In this document: one piece after another, positions 52,720-64,000 of the stretch
Position numbering within the stretch: the first letter of the stretch is position 1
Layout of the letters: every line of letters begins with the position of its first letter
Origin: Octopus sinensis
Taxonomy: Eukaryota
Reading direction: 5' to 3'
Length of the DNA stretch: 64,000 nucleotides
Assembly (NCBI RefSeq): GCF_006345805.1
Contig: NC_043009.1
Span: 47,678,001-47,742,000 of the forward strand
Made by a program: the position numbers and the translations under genes
Notes under the pieces: model-generated
Told to the model about the DNA's origin: nothing
The model's input: the letters and a program-made list of their open reading frames with translations, nothing else
Databases searched by the model: none

Positions 52720-53373
52720 ATGATGAGTATTGAAAATTTAAAACTGAAGCAAATGCTTTGATTGTTAATTCTTATTTCAAAGCAAGTCGTAATTGGCTTA
52801 CACATTTTATGAATCGTCATTCTATCAGCCTCTCTTATGCAACCACTGTATGTCAACATCTGCCTAAAGACTATGAAGAAAAGCTTATTCAATTCCAACA
52901 ATATATGTTATAAATATGCTGAATACATGGCTAATCACAACCATGACATTACTGCTTCAGGCAAATTTCACATAACATAGAAACAGAAAAATATATATAT
53001 ATATATGTATATATATATAAAATTAAATAAAATAAAATAAAAACTTCCCTGCAACAAATTGTATCATGGATAAGAGAAGCATAGGACTTTATTGATTCTA
53101 AAATGATAGCGCAGAATTTCAAAAAAAAAAAAATATATGTATTATGACTGATGGATCACAAGATGATGCTATATGGGCAAAAAGAAATTGATGATGACGA
53201 AACAAATGTAAGTGAACAATGGATAGAAAGTGATTCCGATGTCTGATAACAGTGGATGATATTGATTGATTATAATAAATAAAGAAAAAAAAAATTTTAA
53301 AAACCCAAAATTACGATTTTACAAAAAAAAAAAATTAAGTTCTGGTAGATTTTACTTCAAGCAAAATTGTGTA
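52720..53373 (+). mobile_element. pogo-family (POGK-like) transposon remnant, internally deleted
   Basis: 52770-52913 reads YFKASRNWLTHFMNRHSISLSYATTVCQHLPKDYEEKLIQFQQY (CENP-B-type HTH); 53103-53180 reads MIAQNFKK..DGSQDDAIW (pogo C-terminal motif). Neither is in the ORF track. Confidence 0.8.
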
Positions 53374-53696
53374 TTAAATATGAATGTCTTTTCTGCTTGC
53401 TTCTTTTTTTTTAAAGCTGAAACAAACTATTGCATAGTGTACACAGGTTTATATGCTATGAATATGTATCTATGTGTGAGTACATATTTATATGTGCATG
53501 TATATGTGAGTGTGTATGAGTGTGTCTGCATATACACATACACACACACATGTATATATACATATAAAAATATATATACATGCATATAAATATATACGTA
53601 AATATATGCATATATATATATATGTATATACATATATGCATAGATATATGCATATATATATGTATGTGTGTGTTATATATATATATATATATATAC

Positions 53697-54100
53697 AGGT
53701 GCAGGAGTGGCTGTGTGGTAAGAAGCTTGCTTCCTAACCATATGATTCCAGGTTCAGTCCCACTATGTGGCACCTTGGGCAAGTGTCTTCTACTATAGCC
53801 TCAGGCCGACCAAAGCCTTGTGAGTGGATTTGGTAGATGGAAACTGAAAGAAGCTGTCGTATATATGTGTATATATGTCTATATATATATATGTATGTAT
53901 GTGTTTGTGTGTCTGTGTTTGTCCTCCCACCATCACTTGACAACCGATGCTAGTGTGTTTACATCCCCATAGCAGTTTGGCAAAAGAATTGATGGAATAA
54001 GTACTAGGCTTACAAAGAATAAGTCTTGGGGTCAATTTGCTTGACTGAAGGCAGTGCTCCAGCATGGCCGCAGTCAAATGACTGGAACAAGTAAAAACAA
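53697..54100 (+). mobile_element. SINE family A, full length
   Basis: Consensus head, body and tail. Confidence 0.9.
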
Positions 54101-55219
54101 AAAAAAATAGAAGAATATATATATGAATAAAAATGTGAGTGTGTGTGTGTGTGTATGCGTGTATATATATATATATATATATATATACGCTAAGATAAAG
54201 GAAAAGAGTTGACTGCATTAAAGGTAGCCAAGGGCTAGTTGGGAGAGTTAAAATGGCAACAGATTAAATTTAATACTCAAGAGCAGGAATGGTCCCTCCA
54301 CTGAGTTTGCATACAAGGCTTTGGTCAGCCCAAGAATTAAGGTAGAGAACATTTGACCATTGGTATTGCATAATGAGATCAAACTCCAAGCTATACATTT
54401 GTGAGCAGAACATTCTAACTACATAATGCAGTGAATTTTAATTTCTGACTGAGCACTTAATCCACTTGGCTACTTGCATTCACACGCCAACATTGAGTTA
54501 CGTATATCACAAATAATAAAAATTTGGCAGTAATTAGACCTTATAGATAACATAATACACCAATTAACGGACAAATTAGTTATAAATATTTTTCTACTGA
54601 AGAGCTCGATTCTCTAACAATTCACAGTGTATATATTGCACTGTTTGTGCGCGTGTGTATATGTGTGTATGTTTATGTCCATGAATGTGTACACACACAC
54701 ACATACACACCTATATCATATCTTTACAAATTTCACTCATTGAACTGTGGCCAAACTGGGGCACCACCTTGGAGGGTTTAGTCAAACAAATTGACCTAGG
54801 ACTTAATTGTTCAGGTCTCTTTTGTTGAATTGCAAAGGAGAGGGCAAACCAAACATTAACACAATGATAATCACATACATACAGAAGGAATGGTGGAAGG
54901 TGTTCTCAAACCAGTAACCTAACCTAGGCAAATGCTTTCAACCAAGTCAATTCCTCCACTAATAACACCTAAGGGACCAGATGATAATATTAAAAAGGAA
55001 AAAACTTACTTATCTACCCATTCACTCTAACTAATCTTCTATATTACTTCACTTATATTCACCTTCTTGTGACTTGAGAATATGGTCTGACACATTTTCT
55101 CTACCAAACATATGAAGGCGCTAATTGAACTTTATGAACATTACAAAATATTTTTTTAATGTTAAAATACCATAATAAAAATTGTGAAAACCAGATCATG
55201 TTTTAACTTTATTCAACTG

Positions 55220-55280
<61 letters not shown>

Positions 55281-55615
55281 GTGGAGGCACAATGGCCCAG
55301 TGGTTACGGTGGTGGAGTTGCAGTTGAAGGATCACGGTTTTGATTCCCAGACTGGGCGTTGTGAGTGTTTATTTAGTGGAAACATCTAAAGCTCCACGAG
55401 GCTCCAACAGGGGGTGGTGGCGAACTCTGTTGTACCTGTATTTCAAAGGGCCAGCTTTGTCACACTCTGTGTCATGCTGAATCTCCCCGAGCACTACGTT
55501 AAGGGTACACATGTCTGTGGAGTGCTCAGCCACTTGCATATTCATTTCATGAGTAGGCTGTTCCTTTGATCAGATCAACTGGAACTCTCATCGTTGCAAC
55601 TGATGGAGTGGTACG
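55281..55615 (+). mobile_element. SINE family C
   Basis: Head TGGCCCAGTGGTTA..GATTCCC; 3' half shared with 5440-5610. Confidence 0.8.
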
Positions 55616-55780
55616 ATATATATATATATATATATAATATACATATAAACAAACAAAAAGTCAGGATGGTCACAACTGGAATACCTTTTAGTCATAGATC
55701 TACATGTTTTGAGTAAGAGTTTGTAGACTAAAGCCTAAATATCAACAACAACATAATTCATACGCAACGCATATATGATG

Positions 55781-56001
55781 TACGATGGGGTGCTGAAAAG
55801 TTCCTGGCTTTCAGGGCATCACGAAAGGCTTGGTTGGGGGACAAACCTTCTGAGTTAATTTACAGGGCTTAGAAAAACTGAAGGACTACTGCAATAAGTG
55901 TGTGAATCGAAGACGGGAATATGTTGAACAAATTCATAATTATCTGCTCCTCCTGTGTTTTCTTTTAACCAAAGCCCGGAACTTTACAGTGCTCCCTCAT
56001 A
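55781..56001 (+). mobile_element. mariner-derived MITE (internal deletion derivative)
   Basis: TA-flanked ~30-bp imperfect TIRs (TACGATGGGGTGCTGAAAAGTTCCTGGCTTT / AAAGCCCGGAACTTTACAGTGCTCCCTCATA); internal GLEKLKDYCNKCVNRRREYVEQ resembles the mariner transposase C-terminus. Confidence 0.8.
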
Positions 56002-56519
56002 TACGTAAACATGTATATGTATGTATGCATGCATGTGTGTGTGTGTGTGTGTGAGTGTGTGCATGTTTGTGTGTGTTTCTAAATGCATTAAGATTTACCT
56101 TTGGTTTTCTGTGATAGTTGTTTTACCATAGAAAGAAAGACAGAGGATGAGGTGATTCTAATTTTTGCTAAGAAGGAAGATAAAATGATATCCAGCTACA
56201 GTAAATTCTCCTAGCACTATGTGTTAGTATTGGAAGTTTCACAACAATTGTGGATGGCTAAGCAATAAGAAAGATGCAGGCTTCATAATAGTATTGATTT
56301 TAGATTTCAGAATAGACTGCAATATACGGTGCCAAGTAGAATTCAATAAACAACCAACTATTGTCAGAAATTAAGAGTGGACTATGGACGTTTGTGCACC
56401 AACAACAATGTGACAAAGATTTCCAGTGTAACAGCAAAGGATTTCATCACTACTACTACTACTACTACTACTACAACCAAAACCACCACCACCACCACTA
56501 CTACTACAACCACTACTAC

Positions 56520-56559
<40 letters not shown>

Positions 56560-56881
56560 CCTTTCTGCTAAAAGCAGAAGGCCTGAAATTTGTGGGGAGG
56601 TGTATAGTCGATTACATTGACCACAGTACTCAACTGGTAATTATTTTATCAACTCGAAAAGGATGAAAGGAAAAGTAAACCTTGTTGGAATTTGAACTCA
56701 GAACATGAAGACAAAGAAAATATTGCAATGTATTTCGCTCAGTGTGCTAACAATTCTGTCAGCTTGCCACCTTGTCTCTTAGGGATAGCAAAGATTATCA
56801 GGAAGGTTCTAAACATTTGAAAGACAGCTGAAAACTTGGGTATAACTAAGGTTACAGGTAGTAACCTGCTGCCTACATAAA

Positions 56882-57135
56882 TTGGCACGTAAAAAGCACC
56901 AACCGATCATGACCGTTGCCAGCCTCTCCTGGCCCCTGTGCCAGTGGCACTTAAAAAGCACCCACTACACTCATGGAATGGTTGGCATTAGGAGAGGGCA
57001 TCCAGCTGTAGAAACACTGCCAGATCAGACTGGAGCCTGGTGCAGCCTCCTGGCTCCCCAGACACTAATCGAACCATCCAACCCATGCTGGCATGGAAAA
57101 CGGACGTTAAACGATGATGATGATAATGATGATGA
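56882..57135 (+). mobile_element. Family D retroposon
   Basis: GGCACGTAAAAAGCACC..GGACGTTAAAC(GAT)n. Confidence 0.85.
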
Positions 57136-57159
57136 ATAAGACCAAACCTGAGCCAAACA

Positions 57160-57455
57160 AGGGGTGCTATGTAAACTGACCCTTGAACAACAGGCTCTAG
57201 TGTACTTGGGACAAATATGTAGGCTGCCTCATGACAATGGCTCTTCTCTTCTTTGGTATTTCTCAAGACACTGCATTTTGCTCTGGCCTTTGCAAAGCTG
57301 CTCTCTATGACCTGGATGCAGTCTTGCTACATCACTCTCTGTGCTGTGAATTCCTCTTATCCAGTGAGTGTTTATCTTTGCTTGGATGGAGTTGGCATTT
57401 CAGTTGGTCTTTGGAATGCTTCCTGGAGGCACTTCTGTCTCTTTTGCTCACTGTA
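57160..57455 (-). pseudogene. Decayed RTE-type LINE C-terminus
   Basis: SKRDRSASRKHSKDQLKCQL (cf. G.R.RG.P.KR.KD.LK..L) and a degenerate zinc knuckle CPKYTRACCSRVSLHS; in-frame stops. Confidence 0.65.
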
Positions 57456-58114
57456 GAATACGTATAATTGTGCGTGTGTGTGTAAATGTGCATACGTATG
57501 CACCAACATAAATTTGATACTAAATAGTTGATACATTGTGCTTAGTAACTATTGACTTGCCATCAACCTTGCACCATTAAGTGAATGTGTTTAGTTCATA
57601 CTTGTTTAAGGCTAATCCTGATGAATTGCCATATAATAATGACACCGATCAGTTCAATCTTCATCCAAAGCTACTGAAATAAATCCCCCACGGGGCCTTA
57701 TTTCATAGCAAGAATAAATACATAGCTATGACACTTGGAATATATAGATATGACACTTGTATAATAAGTCTAAGCAACAAAAACAAAATAAAATGATTCT
57801 CTAGACTAAAAAATGGCTTTCATAATGTGTCTATACACTTCTATCAGAGATAATCTCATAGTTTAACATAAAGGGTAGAAAGGAGAAGATTTAATAATAG
57901 TTATGTTATAGAATAATATCAGATGATGCTAAAATTTAAGACAGTGTATTCGCATAAATATAACCAGAAATCATGGAAAATACAGAGATATTCTTAAATT
58001 AAAAACAAAAAGGTTCTTCCTACTTTCTCAATAAAGAATCAAATTGAATGAAACAGAAAATAATGAATTAGTGAAAAATGATATAACATAATAATAATGA
58101 ATTAGAAACCAATC

Positions 58115-59685
58115 ATAAGTTTTTATCAAAGTTGTTTTATATTCTATAATTTTCACAGACAATAAATACGAATTAATTGTTATTGTCTGAGATTTTGGTA
58201 TAATTTGAGAGGATAATACAAAAGTTATGGATGATTTAGTAATTTACTGCAAAACCCATGGCGGCCAAAATTATCAGAACGGTTGAAAAAATAACAAAAT
58301 AATCAAAAATGACAGAGAAAACTGGAATTATTCAATATTTAGTGTGAAGCCCTTTAGGTTCAATCACACTTTGACATCTTCGACTGCATGAGGAAATTAA
58401 ATTTTCAATTTCTTGCTAGGTGATCTTATTCCATTCTTCCTGAAGGGCATTCCATAATTGCTCGGTTGTTTTAGGATTTCTGGCTTTTGAACATTCTCCA
58501 AGAATATTCCACACATTTTCAATAGGATTGAAATCTGGGCTTTGAGCAGGCCAATCCATAATAATAACCTTTTCAGCCTTGAGGAAGTTCATGACCACCT
58601 TAGCCTTGTAACATGGGGCATTGTCCTGCATGAATATGGGTGGTCGCTTAGTTGAATTTCTCAGCACAGGCAAGACATGATCTTTTACAAGTTGTTTATA
58701 AACTCCTGCAATTACCTTTCCATGTAATCGCACCAAAGGGCCCACACCATCTCCAGATATCATCCCCCAAACAATGACACTTCCTCTACCGAATTTAACA
58801 CTAGTCTTAAGGCATTTAGGCGACAATTTTTCACCTACTTTTCAATGAACATATCTTTTCCCATCTGAGCCAAATAACATAAACTTCATCAAACTTTCAT
58901 CACTGAAATGCACCGTTTGCCATTTTTCTTGAGACCACAACACAAGTTCGGTTGCAAAGGTAAGACGACACTTTTTATTTTTGGAGCTGATCAGTGGCTT
59001 CACTGCTGGTGATCTTGCTTGTAGGTTATGTTCAACTAAACGATGAGACAAGTTTTTCCAGATAACATTTTCTTCAGTACAATGCTCATTTCCCGAGAGA
59101 CAGCAGCAGCAGTTTTAAATCTGTCCTTTTTAACCAAATTTACCATAGCACGATCTTTTCTCTTGGTCGTTTTTCTTGGCCTATCTGTAGACTTTCTTGC
59201 TTCACACGAACCACAATCATCAAAGACCTTAAGAATACCGTGAGCAACACTTTTTGACTTGTTAACAATCTTTGCAATAGACCCAATACTTAAATTATCC
59301 TTCTTTCGAAGCTTAATAATCTGCTGATGAATTGATAACAGAGTAAGTGGCATTATATTAACAAAGTACACTGCAGATATTCTTACTAATGTTTAGTAAA
59401 CGAACCGTCACGTAAACAAATTCAAAACATTAGGGTTCGCCGGTTAAATATACTAAAACATGGAGTAAAAGCACCCGTTCTGATCATTTTGGCCGCCATG
59501 GGTTTTGCAGTAAATCACTAAATCACTGTATTATCCTCTCAAATTACACCAAAATCTCAGACAATAACAATTAATATCGTATTAATTGTCTGTGAAAATT
59601 ATAGAATATAAAACAACTTTGATAAAAACTTATACCTACTTTTCTGGCGAAAACAATGCCGTTCTGAACATTTTGGCCGCAACTG
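58115..59685 (-). mobile_element. Tc1-family (DD34E) transposon with long IR/DR-type TIRs; transposase pseudogene 59353-58332
   Basis: HTH plus DRPRKTT, VHFSDES, FMQDNAPC, WPAQSPDFNPIENVW, GLHTKY*; TIR 59475-59685 ends AACTG-TA; opposite TIR 58115-58282 lacks its outer ~50 bp; frameshifts. Confidence 0.95.
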
Positions 59686-60358
59686 TATGTATGACTGCAT
59701 GTATATATGAATCTGGATGTGTGTGTGTGTGTGTGTGTGTGTGTGAGTGTGTGTGTGTGTGTGTGCATGTATATGTGTACATGTGTGAGGCCACCACTGC
59801 CACCATTGCCTTCCCCACCACCACCCCCACCACTACCACTGTCATCCTCATCGTATGTTCCCTTTCCGTGCTGGCATGGATACAACGGGTTCAACAAGTC
59901 AGGGGAACAGGTCTTGCTCCTATGCCTTATTATTTTATTAATTATATATATATATTCTATTAATTCATTATTTATTTATTTGAATACTCGTGTGTGTGTG
60001 TGTGTGTGTGTGTTAGTAAGTGAAAACAGATGTGGATACATGTATGTGTGGAGTGGGTGCATGTAGGTGCTTGAGTGTGAATGATATGTGTATGTATGCA
60101 TGTGTGTGTGAATGTAAGCAAACATATACAACCATTCACGCAAGCCATTTCACATTCATAACCTATTAAAATAGTGAGTTTTCAAAATTTATGTAATGTA
60201 ATCACATGACCATAACGGTATATTTCACAGCAATTTATTGATCCTCGTAGCATTAATATAGAGGCATCTCATAGTATTTTCTTTTAATCTTAGTTTGTAA
60301 GATGTTCCTGTTGAAGCATCTAATCTTTGGAGCAATTCCTGTATAAAAAATTTACATA

Positions 60359-60782
60359 TAGGTGCAGGAGTGGCTGTGTGGTAAGTAGCTTGTTTACCAA
60401 CCACATGGTTCTGGGTTCAGTCCCACTGCATGGCACCTTGGGCAAGTGTCTTCTACTATAGACTCAGGCCGACCAAAACCTTGTGAGTGGATTTGGTAGA
60501 CGGAAACTGAAAAGAAGCCCGTTGTATATATATATATATATATATATATGCATGTGTGTGTTTGTGTGTCTGTGTTTGTCCCCCTAGCATTGCTGGACAA
60601 CCGATGTTGGTGTGTTTATGTCCCCGTTACTTAGCGGTTCGGCAAAAGAGACCGATAGAATAAGTACTGGGCTTACAAAAAGAATAAGTCCCGGGGTCGA
60701 GTTGCTCGATTAAAGGCGGTGCTCCAGCATGGCCGCAGTCAAATGACTGAAACAAGTAAAAGAGTAAAAGAGAAAAGAGAGT
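60359..60782 (+). mobile_element. SINE family A, full length, young
   Basis: Near-consensus copy. Confidence 0.93.
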
Positions 60783-60874
60783 ATATGTTCTTTATATTTT
60801 TCAGTTTCCTTTTGAAAAATGTTTTGGCACAAGCATTTAAGTTCCTGAGAAATTCCTGTAGTTATTCAAAGCTA

Positions 60875-61233
60875 GGCACAAGTGTGGCTGTGTAGTAAGA
60901 AGCTTACTTCCCAACCACATGGTTCCGGGTTCAGTCCCACAGCATGGCACCTTGGGCATGTATTTTCTACTACCTTGTGGGTGGATTTGGTAGACAGAAA
61001 CTGAAAGAAGCCTGTTGTGCATATGTATGTATGTATGTCTTTGTGTCTGTGTTTGTCCTTCCAGCACTGTTTGATAACTAGTACTGGTGCTTTTACATCC
61101 CTATAATTTAGTAATTCAGCAAAAGTGACCAACAGAATAAGTACTAGGTTTTTAAAAAAATATAAGTACTGGTACTAATATATTCGACTGAAAATTCTTC
61201 AAGGCAGTGCCCCAGCATGGCCACAAGTAAAAG
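60875..61233 (+). mobile_element. SINE family A, older copy flanked by a ~90-bp direct repeat
   Basis: 60784-60874 is similar to 61234-61324. Confidence 0.85.
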
Positions 61234-61740
61234 ATATGTTCTTTATATTTTTCAGTTTACTTTTGGAAAATGCTTTGGCACAAGCAGCTAAGTTCTTGAG
61301 AAACTCCTGTAGTTATTCAAAGCTAATGAAAAACTAAATCATATATATACTCTGCTTTTCATCTTCAGCTTACTTTCATTTCTGAAACAAAGCTCAAACG
61401 CACACACACACACATGTACACACACATGCACGCGCTTACATTTGTGTGTCATAATTCGTTTGAAGCAATGTGGAACATGAAAAACAGTGATTTGGAAAGC
61501 CATGGCAATGCAGTTTGGAAAAGATTAGACGTAAAGAAAGAACAAAGACAAAACTTTTATCTTAAGGCATTAAATAATCCTAAATATGGTTTTGCTGAAC
61601 TCTGTGGATTATTAAATGTTTCAAGGTAAAAGTTTAGTCTTTTCTTCTTGTATTTAGTTTATTCCCAATACATCATTGTAGTTTTCCAAATCGCTGTTCA
61701 TTTATGTGTACATATGTGTATATATATGTATATATATATT

Positions 61741-61780
<40 letters not shown>

Positions 61781-61864
61781 TTATTGCTTTATCAACATTG
61801 AAACATTTAGGAGTAGTAATAGTAGTAATAATGATGTAATAATATAATAATAATAAATCCATAA

Positions 61865-61922
<58 letters not shown>

Positions 61923-61941
61923 ATATATATATATATATATT

Positions 61942-61983
<42 letters not shown>

Positions 61984-62947
61984 GTATACAAGGCAGCTCA
62001 ATTCTGTTATAATGCAAATGTTTAAAGAAATTATGGCATTTGAAATATTTAAACTACCAAGAATTGTCTTTAAAAAAAACATGTATTCCATTTTCTCCAT
62101 GCTACAAGTACAGAAGTGATTAATTTTTGCAAGAATTTTCCAGAATCTTTAAAAGCTGTAAATGCTTTGTTCAGTAGCAACTATGAATTTAAGTAGACCT
62201 TATGGTACATAAGCTGTTTTAATCTTGTTAAAACTGAGCTAATAATTATAAAATATTAATAAATGACATATACAATTTTTATACCACTATATTATTGTGC
62301 CTTGTTTTAGTGAGAGCTTTATATGATATTCATATTCAGAAGAATATTTAGGAAGAATAAGCTTTATCCTTAATTAATATCTACTTTCTCTAGCATAAGT
62401 AGAGTTTGTTTAGGCAGATTTTCTATGGCTGGATGCCCTTCCTGTTACCAAGCCTGAATTGTTTCCAAGCAAGATTAAAAGTTTCCCTTGCCAGATATGC
62501 TTTTCACAGAAAATTAGAAATGAACAATGTTGCTTAGTCTTCATTGGACTATTTGGTGAAGGGGTAAGCAGGCACAAACTTTGAAGTCACTGTCAACACT
62601 ATTTTTGCTAAAGAATAATAAATATGTTCTCTACAAAAAGTATTAAGTAATCGTTCAGTTTAATATAAAATTATTTTTATCATTATAAGACATACAAACA
62701 AACATTGATATATATATATATATATACATATATATATTTAGTATACCTCTAATTTGATTATCCCTTTTATTCGAAACCATATTTTATGATATCTTATATT
62801 TATCCACCTGTAATGAAGAGAATAGCTTTCTTTGTTGTTTTAAGATAAACTGTGTACTTCTACCCATATGATAATCTAATTCCATTATACATTCATTTTA
62901 GATTGTCTTTATCATGCCCTTCTAAACAATATGTTTAAAATATTATT

Positions 62948-63345
62948 ACTCTTTTACTTGTTTCAGTCATTTGACTGCAGCCATGCTGGAGCACCACCTT
63001 TAGTAGAGCAAATCAACCCAGGACTTATTCTTTGTAAGCCTAGTACTTATTCTATCAGTCTCTTTTGCCGAACAGCTAAGTTACAGGGATATAAACACAC
63101 CAGCATAGGTTGTCAAGCAATGTTGTGGAGGACAAACACAGACACACAAACACACACACATATATACATATGCATATATACGACGGCCTTCTTTCAGTTT
63201 CCATCTACCAAATCCACTCCCAAGGCTTTGGTCAGCCCGAGGCTATAGTAGAAGACACTTGCCCAAGGTGCCATGCAGTGGGACTGAACCAGGAACCATG
63301 TGGTTGGTAAGCAAGCTACTTACCACACAGCCACTCCTGCACCTA
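62948..63345 (-). mobile_element. SINE family A, full length
   Basis: Reverse complement of consensus. Confidence 0.92.
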
Positions 63346-63752
63346 TATTAAAAGTGTGTGGGAAAGCTGGTGTCAAAAAATATTTTTTCATATATATTAG
63401 GGTATCCCATTATTAGGTCTTAAGTTTAATTTCTATCCTTATTCTATATATTGATTTAATATTATAAATTTGCTAAGTTATAAATTACTACCTCTAAATC
63501 TTTGAATTCTTTAAATCTAATTTCCACCCCTAAAGTTTATATTACTTATCTCTTTTAGTTTTTCCTTATATTCCCCTTTAATTGATAATCTAAATAAGTA
63601 TTGACCACCCCTATCTGGTTTTATTCCAGTTACCACTCCTTCTCCATCAGACGTTTTCTTACTACCAACTTTGCAATCTACCCTTTTATGTAGATAAAGC
63701 TATATATATATACAGCTTAAATGATGATGATGATATGATGATATATGTATAT

Positions 63753-63807
<55 letters not shown>

Positions 63808-63825
63808 TATGTCAACTGTACTCTA

Positions 63826-63883
63826 GTTAATGGTGATAAATCAATTAAAGTCAGACAGTCTACTAGACTCCATTGTACTGGAA

Positions 63884-63941
<58 letters not shown>

Positions 63942-64000
63942 TTCCAGTACAATGGGAGTCTAGTAGACTGTCTGACTTTAATTGATTTATCACCATTAAC
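63826..64000. repeat. Near-perfect palindrome centred on (TA)n, running off the window end
   Basis: 63826-63885 is the reverse complement of 63940-64000 (one 1-nt indel); the spacer is itself self-complementary (TA)n. Confidence 0.95.

Noticed and set aside
57180-57451. Possible host exon (TTCTACAG acceptor, GTCAGT donor)
   Set aside because: All three frames contain stops and the peptides match an RTE LINE C-terminus
1361-63310. Many ORFs with YI/CV/HT runs or recurring peptides (YLIYRPRKDERQSRP, VEDTCPRCHAVGLNPEP)
   Set aside because: Translations of microsatellites and of SINE A/B consensus sequence, not a gene family

Overview
Eukaryotic, AT-rich, repeat-dominated DNA. The tRNA-derived SINE families with internal (TA)n/(CA)n tracts look like those of octopus/cephalopod genomes (recognition from memory, not a database search). 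No intact protein-coding gene is evident, and nearly all ORFs in the track are microsatellite or SINE artefacts. The window holds dozens of copies of three SINE families (A, B, C) and a (GAT)n-tailed retroposon (D). It also holds decayed autonomous elements (Gypsy pol, mariner DD34D, IR/DR-type Tc1 DD34E, pogo, hAT, two RTE-type LINEs, an R4/Dong-like LINE) and several MITEs (piggyBac, hAT, mariner, Helentron-like). Most interesting signals: (i) several hammerhead-ribozyme motifs and fold-back fragments in or beside TA/CA microsatellites, consistent with Penelope-like pseudo-LTRs or retrozymes; (ii) SINE B repeatedly joined at GGTA sites, including the same internal site of its own copies; (iii) a TSD-flanked RTE copy with an internal inverted duplication; (iv) a TE-free, CpG- and motif-rich candidate promoter at ~31.1 kb with minus-strand splice signals. 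Coordinates were read by eye and repeat boundaries may be off by a few to tens of bases.
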